DNA of 64,000 bases, from positions 78,120-142,119 of the forward strand of contig CAZWLE010000001.1 in assembly GCA_964634305.1 (NCBI GenBank). Reading direction: 5' to 3'. A model generated the notes under the pieces. It did not search any database. It was not told the DNA's origin and was given only the letters and a program-made list of their open reading frames with translations. This stretch comes from an uncultured Candidatus Saccharibacteria bacterium. Lineage in GTDB: Bacteria; Patescibacteriota; Minisyncoccia; Phycocordibacterales; Phycocordibacteraceae. Positions 18,424 to 27,419 of the stretch are shown piece by piece (position 1 is the first letter of the stretch; each line of letters starts with the position of its first letter). The position numbers were made by a program, and so were the translations under genes.

Positions 18424-18960
18424 ATGCTCATGGAAGGCATAGATTCTGCCGCCCTCGAGATATCGACTATCGCGACCGACGCCGCATCCAACGTGTGGCT
18501 GTGGGGAGGAAACTTTCTCGCGATTATCGTGCTCATGATTGGGCTCTTTGTATTCGCCCTTCGCAAAGGCGGCTCTGGCCTGATTGCACTCAACCTCGCC
18601 CTCTACGCAGGCTACGCACTCTATATCGTATTCCCCTACAGGGACGCGGTAATAGCTATTGGTTCAACACCACTCATTCAGGCCATACTCTCGGTCACGC
18701 TCTTTATCTTCGCAACGTTCATGCCTTTTGTGATTATTCTCAAACTCACGGCGCAGTCGTTTGGTCAGCTTTCGGTGTTTCAAAACCTACTTCTCTCGTT
18801 TGCCGCATCGTGTTTTCTCATGGTGCTCGGCTACCACGTGTTTGATATTTCAAACATTTATTCGTTCTCTGAGCCGTTGAACTACCTCTTTGCTCCTGAA
18901 GGGTACTTCTTCTACTGGTTTATTGCGCCGCTTATCGGTGTGTTCTTCCTCGCTCGATAG
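18424..18960 (+). CDS. Integral membrane protein (178 aa, ~5 TM)
   Basis: Hydrophobic periodicity; first of a run of small membrane proteins. Confidence 0.5.
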   Translation: MLMEGIDSAALEISTIATDAASNVWLWGGNFLAIIVLMIGLFVFALRKGGSGLIALNLALYAGYALYIVFPYRDAVIAIGSTPLIQAILSVTLFIFATFMPFVIILKLTAQSFGQLSVFQNLLLSFAASCFLMVLGYHVFDISNIYSFSEPLNYLFAPEGYFFYWFIAPLIGVFFLAR

Positions 18961-18961
18961 T

Positions 18962-19108
18962 ATGAAACTCGGCTTTCGTAACCTCATTATCACGCTCGGC
19001 ATCATTATGGTGCTGGCGTCAGGTTACCTTGGCGATTGGACCATCTGGATAGGGGCGCCAGTAGCATTCCTGGGAGTCATTCTTAAGTACGTGGACCGTG
19101 GGGGATAG
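18962..19108 (+). CDS. Small membrane protein (48 aa)
   Basis: Met25 of track ORF 18890..19108, chosen just after the upstream stop. Two hydrophobic helices. Confidence 0.3.
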   Translation: MKLGFRNLIITLGIIMVLASGYLGDWTIWIGAPVAFLGVILKYVDRGG

Positions 19109-19126
19109 GAGTGCTATACCACCCCT

Positions 19127-19318
19127 ATGCGCGATTTCCTTTCATTCGCCCTCCTCATAATACTTGTGGTACCCGCTGCTGCAGGGCTCCTTATTATGCT
19201 AAAAAACGAGCTTGAGATTAAAAAGAATGTTAGTGGTGGTTACGGTATTCTTGTCATTGCAGGCTTTTTCATAGTGTTTGTTATCATGCCGGTCTTTGCA
19301 TACTTCGTACGTTTTTAA
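19127..19318 (+). CDS. Small membrane protein (63 aa, 2 TM)
   Basis: Hydrophobic ORF in the same membrane-protein run. Confidence 0.35.
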   Translation: MRDFLSFALLIILVVPAAAGLLIMLKNELEIKKNVSGGYGILVIAGFFIVFVIMPVFAYFVRF

Positions 19319-19323
19319 TCCCT

Positions 19324-19878
19324 ATGTTCACAAAACTGAATGCTTGGTGGGTGCGAACACGTGCGAAGATTGGTCTCGTTGCGGTAGGGCATGGCGTCAA
19401 ACAGGTAGAGGAGGTGCTCTTTGATTGGCTTCTCTACGGCGTCATCGTGGGATATATGACTGCTTCCTATGGCATCGTGTGGGGTTCTGTCTATGCCTTT
19501 CTCGTCATGACGCCGCTTTCCGCCTTACTCTGTTGGCTCTACATCGTGTTTTACGACTGGGCAAAAATAGATTGGTTTGGGTTTGAAGCCATTAAAGATT
19601 ATAAGCAGGAGCTTGAAGGAGACGGGTGGTGGAAGCGAGTGACACGAAAAATCATGCGTATGGGAGATATACCTGCTTTTTTCATTCTCTCTATTCATGG
19701 CGACCCGTTTTGGACGACGGTGTATCTACGCCGCCATGAACATCAATATCAAGGCCTACGAGCCCGCGATTGGTGGATATTTGCGGCAAGTACACTCGTG
19801 TCTAATGCCTATTGGACGCTTCGCTGGACAGTGATTGTCGCGGTTGCACTCTACATCTGGAGCCTTATCGGCGGGTAG
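19324..19878 (+). CDS. Integral membrane protein (184 aa)
   Basis: Multiple TM segments and a Trp-rich composition. Confidence 0.5.
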   Translation: MFTKLNAWWVRTRAKIGLVAVGHGVKQVEEVLFDWLLYGVIVGYMTASYGIVWGSVYAFLVMTPLSALLCWLYIVFYDWAKIDWFGFEAIKDYKQELEGDGWWKRVTRKIMRMGDIPAFFILSIHGDPFWTTVYLRRHEHQYQGLRARDWWIFAASTLVSNAYWTLRWTVIVAVALYIWSLIGG

Positions 19879-19921
19879 TTTCCCACAGCAGAGCAGGGAA
19901 AAGGGAGTTTTTGTGGTATAT

Positions 19922-20344
19922 ATGAGCGTAATGGACCTGTCGGGCCGTCTGTTTCTTGTATTTGTAAGTGTCGCTATCGTCGCTGTTATTGGCGCGACTG
20001 GTTGGAAGTTTGTCATTGCGCGAGACTATGATGTTGTGGTTGAAGCAGCCTGTGACCCGACAGAGCAGACCTGCCACTATCGTGAGTGCTCAGAGGTATC
20101 AAACGTAGGCGATTGTCCGCCAAACGAACTCGAGTACTACCACGTGTATGTCATAAAAGCGCACGAGTTTGACACCTGCGCAGACGCATCATGCGCTGCT
20201 GAATGCGAAGCCGGCTCTATAACGTGTACGCCTATTGCGTGCGGTGATTACGAAGACGATGAATGTAGTGCCGAAGACCTCATGGCTGAAGAGACGGTGC
20301 CAGTAGAGGAGGAAAGTGCCGACACCCCTCAAGAGAGTCCGTAA
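19922..20344 (+). CDS. Membrane-anchored Cys-rich protein (10 Cys in ~90 aa) with acidic C-terminal tail
   Basis: The start is set at an internal Met after the overlap with the 19324 gene. One N-terminal TM is followed by CDPTEQTCHYRECSE...CPPNE...CADASCAAECEAGSITCTPIACGDYEDDEC. Confidence 0.45.
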   Translation: MSVMDLSGRLFLVFVSVAIVAVIGATGWKFVIARDYDVVVEAACDPTEQTCHYRECSEVSNVGDCPPNELEYYHVYVIKAHEFDTCADASCAAECEAGSITCTPIACGDYEDDECSAEDLMAEETVPVEEESADTPQESP

Positions 20345-20348
20345 CGAC

Positions 20349-21215
20349 ATGACGTCTAAAGCAATGAGCTACGTAGAAGCCTTGCTCAGACGGCTTCAAC
20401 GACAAGCATGGCACGAGACCTTAGTGCAAAATCGTGCACGCTTTGATAAGCACGTGTACACCTCGCTTCCCGACGCGATACAAGAGCTTGAACGCAGACG
20501 GGCTGACCCAAAACTTCGAGAACGTATAGAAGCAGCGCTTAACCACGACATACCCGCACCGCTTCGTACCGACCCACGAGCCGTACTCTTCCGTCAGGTC
20601 ATTACCCCCAACTACGAGACCCGTCGCTTTCTTAGCATTACGGACTCACTACCTATCAAACCCCTCTTTTTTGACCACAGTGACGACAAATACGTAGCAA
20701 ATAACGAATGGAAATATCATCTTGGGAGACTCTGTTTCTATAAAGGTCAGGACCAGAGCGGTAACGCGCAAAAAGAGTATCTAAAGATTATTGATTTCAA
20801 TGCCTATGACGGGAAGCCCATTTCAAGTGTACGCACCTTCTCTAATGAGTCGCTCGTAGATTTTCATCGTTCATTCTTTCTCTCTCGTTTCCCAGACCAC
20901 GAACAAGACTTGTTCTTTGCTTCTCCATGGATACAAAAACAGCGACTAGAAGGAAATGGCTACTACGAATCGGTACTGATGCTCTTTCTCTGTCACGGCA
21001 TCTTGTTCGAAAATTTTATGCTTGATTCCAAAGAGGCACGCTTTACACGCGATATTTTCTTGCCAGCATTTATCAAAGTACATAAGCGATTCCGCCTGAA
21101 ACCCCTCATCGTTAATCTCGAACCGACTGATATCGAAGGAGATTCGTTCTGGATGTATCACCCGTTTGAAGATAAAGCGTATGCGGAAGAACGGTTGCGT
21201 GCGCCCGTAGTATAA
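20349..21215 (+). CDS. Hypothetical protein (288 aa)
   Basis: The start is placed 5 nt after the upstream stop. No known domain. Confidence 0.45.
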   Translation: MTSKAMSYVEALLRRLQRQAWHETLVQNRARFDKHVYTSLPDAIQELERRRADPKLRERIEAALNHDIPAPLRTDPRAVLFRQVITPNYETRRFLSITDSLPIKPLFFDHSDDKYVANNEWKYHLGRLCFYKGQDQSGNAQKEYLKIIDFNAYDGKPISSVRTFSNESLVDFHRSFFLSRFPDHEQDLFFASPWIQKQRLEGNGYYESVLMLFLCHGILFENFMLDSKEARFTRDIFLPAFIKVHKRFRLKPLIVNLEPTDIEGDSFWMYHPFEDKAYAEERLRAPVV

Positions 21216-21231
21216 TTTTCGACACGGCCGT

Positions 21232-22854
21232 ATGGACGCAAACTCCTGTTTTATCCTCACACAAGACCTTCACACGGTCGTCTACTACTCCCACATCGTG
21301 CCGATGTTGTTCGCCCTCTTCCTTGCTATCTTTGCGCTCTTTAGAACGAAGGCCTCAACCCTTGCCGTTGTCTTCTTCCTCTTCACGCTCTCGTTCTCCC
21401 TCTGGCTTCTTGGCGACATGCTCACGTGGGTATCGCAGAACTACCACATCATCTATTTCACATGGTCGTGGCTTGATTTCCTCGATATCACCTTCTTTGT
21501 CCTTGGCGCATTCTTCTTTGCGCTTGTTGCACGCGGGAAGATAGCGCTCTGGGAGAAGATTGTCCTCGCTGCGCTCATGGTGCCGCCACTTGTTATTACC
21601 GCTACCGGTCACTCAGTCCTTGAGTTCAATCAGCCTATTTGTGAGGCGAGTGAAAACAGCTGGCTTGCTACCTATAAGTTTGCGGCAGAGGCAGTAGCGG
21701 TAGCATTGATGCTCTGGTCGTTCTTCCTTGGCTGGAGGAAATCCGACAAAGGTAAGCGCATCCAATTCTCCGTTATCTTCCTTGCGCTCATCCTCTTCTT
21801 TAGCGTCTTCTCGGGTACGGCCTACATTTCGTCTATCACCACTATCTACGAGATAACGCTGTACGGACTTTTCGTGCTGCCGCTCTTCCTCATCATTCTT
21901 ACCTTTGCGATTACCGACCTCCACCTCTTCCAGTTCCGGTTCGTCGGTACCCAAGTGCTCGCGTACGTACTCATCTTGATGACCGGTTCGCAGCTGCTCT
22001 TTATCGAAGACTCCTCGAACCGTGTCCTTACCCTCGTTACGATAGGTGTATCGGTCATCATTGGCTTCCTGCTTATTGAAAACGCCAAACGCGAAGCACA
22101 GGCGCGTGTACGCATTGAAGGCCTTGCGAAAGAACTGGCGCTTGCCAATGACCGCCTGAAAGAACTTGATCAGTTGAAGAGTGAATTCCTTTCCATAGCA
22201 TCCCACCAGCTCCGTGCCCCTATTACCGCCGTGCGTGGCTATGCCTCAAACATTGTTGAAGGCGAGTATGGCCCGGTACCGGATAACCTGAAAGAACCGC
22301 TTGCCACCGTGCAGGAAACCGCACGCATGATGGTTAACTCGATTGAGGACTACCTGAACATCTCTCGCATTGAACAGGGACGAATGAAGTACGAGAAGAG
22401 CGATTTCGATATTGCCGATATGGCAAAGAAGGTCGTCGAAGAACTTGGACCCCTTGCCATCAAGAAGAAACTCTCACTCGACACTTCTATTCCTGAAAAC
22501 CTGATGGTGAATGCAGATATTGGGAAGATTAAGCAGGTGGCTACTAACCTTCTTGATAACGCGATTAAATACACTGAGCAGGGTAGTGTGACCGTGAAGG
22601 TAGAGAAGATTGGCACGAACGCACGCGTCACGATACAAGACACGGGTGTTGGTCTTTCTCCAGAAGACATTGGTGGCCTCTTCGAGAAGTTCAAGCGTGC
22701 GCGTGGCGCAAATAAAGTGAACACGACAGGTACGGGTCTTGGCCTCTATGTGGCTAAGCAGCTTGTTGAAGGCAACGGTGGCAAGATTTGGGTTGAGTCC
22801 GACGGGCAAGGTAAGGGTTCTCGCTTTATCTTTGAGCTTCCGGCACTTTCTTAA
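21232..22854 (+). CDS. Sensor histidine kinase (multi-TM sensor + HisKA + HATPase_c); no adjacent response regulator
   Basis: 6-7 TM helices, an H-box (SHQLRAPITAV), an N-box (NLLDNAIKYT) and a G-box (GTGLGLYVAKQLVEGNGGKIWVES). Confidence 0.85.
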   Translation: MDANSCFILTQDLHTVVYYSHIVPMLFALFLAIFALFRTKASTLAVVFFLFTLSFSLWLLGDMLTWVSQNYHIIYFTWSWLDFLDITFFVLGAFFFALVARGKIALWEKIVLAALMVPPLVITATGHSVLEFNQPICEASENSWLATYKFAAEAVAVALMLWSFFLGWRKSDKGKRIQFSVIFLALILFFSVFSGTAYISSITTIYEITLYGLFVLPLFLIILTFAITDLHLFQFRFVGTQVLAYVLILMTGSQLLFIEDSSNRVLTLVTIGVSVIIGFLLIENAKREAQARVRIEGLAKELALANDRLKELDQLKSEFLSIASHQLRAPITAVRGYASNIVEGEYGPVPDNLKEPLATVQETARMMVNSIEDYLNISRIEQGRMKYEKSDFDIADMAKKVVEELGPLAIKKKLSLDTSIPENLMVNADIGKIKQVATNLLDNAIKYTEQGSVTVKVEKIGTNARVTIQDTGVGLSPEDIGGLFEKFKRARGANKVNTTGTGLGLYVAKQLVEGNGGKIWVESDGQGKGSRFIFELPALS

Positions 22855-22857
22855 CCT

Positions 22858-23718
22858 GTGGGGATAGAATCCAGACATTTCGACTCAGGGGTTCCAGGCA
22901 AGCGTCTCCTGGTGTTCGGCGCCATACACGGTGATGAGGTCTGTGGGCCAGCCGGTATACGGCGCATCGTTGATGAGCTCACCTCTAGAACGCTTGTTCT
23001 GCGAAGTGGTTCAGTAACACTCGTGCCGGTTGCTAACCCAGATGCCTACGAGCGCGGAGAGCGACAAATCGAAGCCGATTTGAACCGTGTCTTCAAAAAG
23101 ACAGACAATCCAGACTCGTATGAGGCACGTCTGGCAAATGAGTTGATTCAGTTAGCTGACCAGAGTGATGTGTTACTCGATTTGCATTCAAGCTCTGCGC
23201 CAGGACCAGTGAATGCCTTTCTAGACTACCCGTCCGCAGACATGGAAGCCTTTATGCTGTCTCTCCAACCGGGAACTATTATCTATGACTGGCCAAAAGT
23301 CTACGAACAACGACCTGACCTCGCGTCCTTCACAACCGAACGGTATATGCATGACCGTGGTGCTTCAGCGACCACCTTTGAATGCGGGCAACATCAGGAC
23401 GCTACGGCGCCAGACGTTGCTTACACGACCATACGACGAGCCCTTGCACACCTTGGCATAACCAATGGTGATTCTCTTTCAAAGGAGGGCAGTAAAACGA
23501 GAAAAGTCTGGATGCGAGAGGTGGTCACCTTCGACCAGGAAGGCGATGCGTTCCTTGGCTCTTGGAAGCATCTGGAGCATATCCCTAAAGGAACAGCGAT
23601 AGCAAAACGTGCTGACGGTACTGTGATTGAAGCAGGAGAGGGCTGCGTGATTATCTTCCCGTACCCAAAAGCAGAACCGGGAGATGAGTGGTTCTATCTT
23701 GGCGAACTTGAGCGTTGA
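22858..23718 (+). CDS. Succinylglutamate desuccinylase/aspartoacylase (AstE/AspA) family zinc deacylase
   Basis: GAIHGDEVCG, a DLHSSS motif and the C-terminal beta domain match the family by my recall. Confidence 0.55.
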   Translation: MGIESRHFDSGVPGKRLLVFGAIHGDEVCGPAGIRRIVDELTSRTLVLRSGSVTLVPVANPDAYERGERQIEADLNRVFKKTDNPDSYEARLANELIQLADQSDVLLDLHSSSAPGPVNAFLDYPSADMEAFMLSLQPGTIIYDWPKVYEQRPDLASFTTERYMHDRGASATTFECGQHQDATAPDVAYTTIRRALAHLGITNGDSLSKEGSKTRKVWMREVVTFDQEGDAFLGSWKHLEHIPKGTAIAKRADGTVIEAGEGCVIIFPYPKAEPGDEWFYLGELER

Positions 23719-23743
23719 CACATACCTCTAGAAAGGTTAGATT
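23715..23743 (+). promoter_or_regulatory. Sigma70-like promoter (TTGACA-N17-TAGATT) for the T-box leader
   Basis: The -35 overlaps the stop codon of the upstream gene. Predicted TSS ~23750. Confidence 0.4.
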
Positions 23744-23749
23744 AATTTC

Positions 23750-24030
23750 AGAGCAGCGTTCATCACAACTGCAACATCCTTGATTCCGGTCCCACGAAAG
23801 TGGGATTGGGCCGGAATCGCCCGCAAGGGCAGGATGGCTTCTGCGTAAGTGGAAGCCCGGTCGCTCCCGTAACCATGAGCTAACCGATGTCGGCCGCAAG
23901 GTGTCTCGAGTCGGTGAGTCCTAAGGCGCAAGCCTTAGGAGAAAAGGGTGGTACCGCGAGGATTCTCCTAAAAAAATTCCCCGCCCCTGTATGCGTCTTT
24001 TGACGTGCACATGGGCGGGGAATTTTTGTT
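23750..24030 (+). promoter_or_regulatory. T-box riboswitch leader (tRNA-sensing transcription attenuator)
   Basis: The canonical T-box sequence A-AGGGTGGTACCGCG sits at 23945-23958. The antiterminator can form as AGGG[UGGUACC]GCGAGG...CCCCGC-CCCU. It competes with the terminator AATTCCCCGCCC...GGGCGGGGAATTTTTGTTT at 23975-24030. Upstream are multiple GNRA hairpins (stem I/II region). The specifier codon is not resolved. Confidence 0.7.
23975..24030 (+). terminator. Intrinsic terminator of the T-box expression platform
   Basis: A 12-bp GC-rich stem plus a T6 tract. It overlaps the artefactual track start of the downstream ORF. Confidence 0.65.
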
Positions 24031-24091
24031 TATGGGATTCCTCACTGTGGCAGTCGTTGTGAGTGCTGCGGTTCTTTCATGGAGAGTACGT

Positions 24092-24922
24092 ATGGTTAGC
24101 ACCTTAGCAACCTTCAAAAATCGCTTCGAGGTCAAGCCTCGTTTAGCGTGGCACCTAGGGGTGGAGCGGGAACGCTTCATCACTGACAAAAAGGGCCGAA
24201 TCGTACCGTCAGCAAAGGAAATTATCGACTACATCCGGAAACAGTATCTGGGGTCGGTTAACTTCCTGAGCGGCGACGTCGCGCCCGGTCTCGGAGAGCT
24301 CATCACCTATGAACTTTCTGCGTGCCAACTAGAGTCCCGGACGATACCAGACACCCTCAAGCATCTGAAAGGACAGCTGGAACGGTGGGACAAAGATATG
24401 GCGGCTGCCTTCGAACATCTTGGGTATGTACAATCGCACATCGAGGTCGCTCCGGAAGATATGCCGCTGGACGTCTATCCCGATCCAACCGGCCGCTATC
24501 AGAAGATAGTGTCAGCTATCTCGCGCACAGCACTTCTCGCTGCGTGCCGAGTAGCTGGGACTCATATCCACGTCGGTATGCCAGACCTAGAGACGGCGCT
24601 GAAGGTATATAACTACCTGACACGTCACGTCACCGAGCTCTGCGAGATGGGTAACGGCTCTTTCGGACAACGTCTGGAGATTTATCGCCAGATGGCCCCT
24701 GACTGGAAACCAATGCCATATGAATCCTGGCAGGACTACTACGACGTAGCCTGCCGCAAAGGGTTCGTCGATGATCCTCGTCAATGCTGGACACTTATCC
24801 GTATCAGCGTGCATGGAACCATTGAATTCCGCATGTTCGGCGCGACCGATTCTATCGACCGCATCGTTTCGTGGGCCGAGCGCTGTCACGCGCTTTGCTT
24901 GGAAGCAATGAATACTCGTTAG
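24092..24922 (+). CDS. Carboxylate-amine ligase, glutamate-cysteine ligase family 2 (GCS2/YbdK-like)
   Basis: The start is moved to Met30 (GGAGAG SD) because the track start lies in the terminator hairpin. Motifs ERERFITD and GTHIHVGMPD match the family. Confidence 0.55.
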   Translation: MVSTLATFKNRFEVKPRLAWHLGVERERFITDKKGRIVPSAKEIIDYIRKQYLGSVNFLSGDVAPGLGELITYELSACQLESRTIPDTLKHLKGQLERWDKDMAAAFEHLGYVQSHIEVAPEDMPLDVYPDPTGRYQKIVSAISRTALLAACRVAGTHIHVGMPDLETALKVYNYLTRHVTELCEMGNGSFGQRLEIYRQMAPDWKPMPYESWQDYYDVACRKGFVDDPRQCWTLIRISVHGTIEFRMFGATDSIDRIVSWAERCHALCLEAMNTR

Positions 24923-25014
24923 CAGGTCGTAACTATTACCTGAGGAGGATGCGTGCGGGGCTCATAACCCCCACGCATCTTTTCATAGCAAGATACACTA
25001 TCAGCAACTTTCTT

Positions 25015-25458
25015 ATGTCACTTTACTTCGCGTATGGCTCGAATATGGATGAGACGCAAATGCGTGAGCGTTGTCCTGAATCCACGCTTCTTGGCACCGC
25101 TACGCTGCATGCTCACCGTCTCGTATTCACTATCCCTTCTCGAAAATGGGGAGGGGGATGTGCAGATATTGTTCCTGACCAAAACGCAGAGATATATGGT
25201 GTGCTATACGAACTATCCGATGCAGATTTCGCAGCGCTCGACAAGAAGGAAGGGGTATTCACGAAGAGTTATCGACGAGTATCCGTAATGGTTGAGCGTG
25301 AGAGTGAGATGGTACGTGCGGATACCTACGAGGTGGTCTCGAAGACTGAAGGATTGGCTCCTTCTATGCCGTATATCTCTCAGATAGTGAGAGCTGCGGA
25401 ACGATTTTCGTTTCCAGATTCATACCTCGTCTACCTTCGCTCCTTCACATCGACGTAG
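25015..25458 (+). CDS. Gamma-glutamyl cyclotransferase (GGCT family)
   Basis: LYFAYGSNM... closely matches the GGCT N-terminal motif (FLYFAYGSNL). It is ~147 aa. An alternative start at 24949 is possible. Confidence 0.65.
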   Translation: MSLYFAYGSNMDETQMRERCPESTLLGTATLHAHRLVFTIPSRKWGGGCADIVPDQNAEIYGVLYELSDADFAALDKKEGVFTKSYRRVSVMVERESEMVRADTYEVVSKTEGLAPSMPYISQIVRAAERFSFPDSYLVYLRSFTST

Positions 25459-25473
25459 TGCTATACTCCCGCC

Positions 25474-26721
25474 ATGACCTTGGCTGAAGAACTGAAAGCG
25501 CGTGGATTCGCGGAGCATTCCTCCGCACCTCTTGAAACTATCCTTAAGGATAAACGCTACGCATATCACGGCATGGACCCGACCGCAGACTCCTTGCATG
25601 TTGGCCACCTCGTCCCACTTCTTCTTATGAAGCGGCTCTCAGACGCAGGTCATAAGACGGTGTTCTTGGTAGGAGGCGGCACCGGCATGATAGGGGACCC
25701 GCGCGACTCGGGTGAACGCTCACTTCTTGATAAGAAGACGCTCGAACACAACAAGAAGGCACTGCGTGCTCAGCTTCAAACCCTTATGGGAAAGAAGATT
25801 GAAATGGTTGATAACGCTGACTGGCTTTCAAAGCTCGGGATGCTTGAGTTCCTCCGTGACATTGGCAAGCACTTCACGGTAAACGACTTGGTAAAGCGTG
25901 ATCTCATTCGTCGCCGTCTTGAAACACCGGACGATTCCATCTCCTACACTGAATTCACCTATGCATTGCTTCAAGGCTTTGACTTCCTTGAGCTCTTTAA
26001 GAAGAAGGGTGTTGACCTTCAGGTAGGTGGTGCAGATCAGTGGACCAACATGCTTTCCGGCGTCGACCTGGTTCGCAAGAAGCTTGGTAAAGAGGTGTTC
26101 GTGTTCACGAATCCTCTCGTCACGGACGCGAACGGCAAGAAATTCGGAAAGTCCGAAGGCAACCCTATCTGGCTCGATGGTAAAAAGACGTCGTCGTTCA
26201 AGTTCTATCAGTTCTGGATGGCGCTCCCAGACCAGGGACTTGAGACCTACCTAAAGCTCTATACGTTCCTTCCGCTTGCAGATATTGAAACCCTCATGCA
26301 AAAGCACAATGCGGCCCCACAAGATCGCGAAGCACAGGAGACCCTGGCACGTCTCGTGACCGAAATCGTGCATGGTCCTGCGGCAACCGCTGCAGCGGCA
26401 GCTGCTACCGACGCATTGTTTGGTGGTCGTGCGCTATCGTCACTGTCTTCCATCGAACGTCAGTGCCTCATCGCTGAAGCACCGACTGCGCAGATTTCTA
26501 AGGGAGACGCAGAAAAGGGATACCCTATCGCTGATGCACTCGTTGCTGGCGGTATCGTGCCGTCTAAATCTGAAGCACGTCGCGTCATTGACGCAAAAGG
26601 GGTCACGATAAACGGAAAGCCGGTTGATAGTCTCGACCCAACCGTAAAGACCGCTGACTTTGACGGGGGACTCGCTATTGTTCGCAAAGGAAAGAATCCG
26701 CTCGTGCTCGTACTGAAATAG
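25474..26721 (+). CDS. tyrS: Tyrosyl-tRNA synthetase
   Basis: Class I aaRS with HIGH-type HVGH and KMSKS-type KFGKS, plus a C-terminal S4-like domain. It is 415 aa. Confidence 0.9.
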   Translation: MTLAEELKARGFAEHSSAPLETILKDKRYAYHGMDPTADSLHVGHLVPLLLMKRLSDAGHKTVFLVGGGTGMIGDPRDSGERSLLDKKTLEHNKKALRAQLQTLMGKKIEMVDNADWLSKLGMLEFLRDIGKHFTVNDLVKRDLIRRRLETPDDSISYTEFTYALLQGFDFLELFKKKGVDLQVGGADQWTNMLSGVDLVRKKLGKEVFVFTNPLVTDANGKKFGKSEGNPIWLDGKKTSSFKFYQFWMALPDQGLETYLKLYTFLPLADIETLMQKHNAAPQDREAQETLARLVTEIVHGPAATAAAAAATDALFGGRALSSLSSIERQCLIAEAPTAQISKGDAEKGYPIADALVAGGIVPSKSEARRVIDAKGVTINGKPVDSLDPTVKTADFDGGLAIVRKGKNPLVLVLK

Positions 26722-26723
26722 CT

Positions 26724-27299
26724 ATGCCAACCGAGTGGGAGGGCGTCTTCTGGCCGATTGATAAAGATGCGGTTCGTAAAGCTCTCTCGGACGCTGGTGC
26801 CGAACTGGTGTTTCCAGAGCGCCTCATGCGCCGGGTGAATCTCTATCTTCCTGAAAGCGTCACGACGCAAGGCTTTGCTCGTGTACGGGACGAAGGCCAT
26901 CGCACCACCCTTTCTGTTAAAGATACAAGCGGTACCCGTATTGAAGACAAGAAGGAAGTACAGGTCGTCGTTGATGACTTTGATAGTGCACAAGACCTTC
27001 TTCGCGCGCTTGGCTGTAAGGACAAAAACTATCAGGAATCGACGCGTGAGCTATGGACCCTCGACGGAGCAGAGATAACCATAGACGAGTGGCCATTCCT
27101 TGAGCCACTCTGTGAAGTTGAGGCAGATTCCGAAGCATCCGTACGGGCCGTTGCTGAAAAGCTCGGGTTTGATTGGAGTACGGCTCGATTTTGTTCTGCG
27201 GATAAGCTCTACGCAGAGAAATACAATGTCCATCACACGGCCATTACGCAGGGTATCCCGCGCCTTACGTTCGATATACCGGACCCGTTCAAAAAATAA
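26724..27299 (+). CDS. Hypothetical protein, possibly CYTH-domain (CyaB/thiamine-triphosphatase-like)
   Basis: Size ~190 aa and an N-terminal EWEGVFW resembling the CYTH EIERKFL motif. The call is weak. Confidence 0.3.
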   Translation: MPTEWEGVFWPIDKDAVRKALSDAGAELVFPERLMRRVNLYLPESVTTQGFARVRDEGHRTTLSVKDTSGTRIEDKKEVQVVVDDFDSAQDLLRALGCKDKNYQESTRELWTLDGAEITIDEWPFLEPLCEVEADSEASVRAVAEKLGFDWSTARFCSADKLYAEKYNVHHTAITQGIPRLTFDIPDPFKK

Positions 27300-27325
27300 C
27301 GAAATCTGCTATACTCCTGCCGTGC

Positions 27326-27410
27326 GCGTCGGTACTCAAGTGGTCAACGAGGGTTGGCTGTAAACCAACTGGCTTTGCCTACGTAGGTTCGAATCCTACC
27401 CGGCGCACCA
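27326..27410 (+). tRNA. tRNA-Tyr (anticodon GTA), long variable arm, encoded CCA
   Basis: Folded by hand. Acceptor GCGTCGG/CCGGCGC (one G.U), D-arm, anticodon stem GTTGG/CCAAC with loop CTGTAAA, a 13-nt variable arm, T-arm GTAGG-TTCGAAT-CCTAC, and discriminator A + CCA. Confidence 0.85.
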
Positions 27411-27419
27411 ACGAAAAAT

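Noticed and set aside
23750-24030. Possible RNase P RNA, SRP RNA, tmRNA or 6S RNA because of multiple GNRA hairpins and a GGAAGCCCGG...GAAAAGGGTGG segment resembling P4 / J11-12 of RNase P
   Set aside because: It is too short between the P4-like and GGGTG segments. No ACAGAACCCGGCTTA 3' strand and no SRP domain-IV or tmRNA tag motifs. The exact T-box consensus AGGGTGGTACCGCG plus a competing terminator explains it better.
24005-24091. Track start of the GCS2 gene at 24005 (MHMGGEFLF...)
   Set aside because: It lies inside the T-box terminator stem and T-tract. A downstream Met at 24092 with a GGAGAG SD is used instead.
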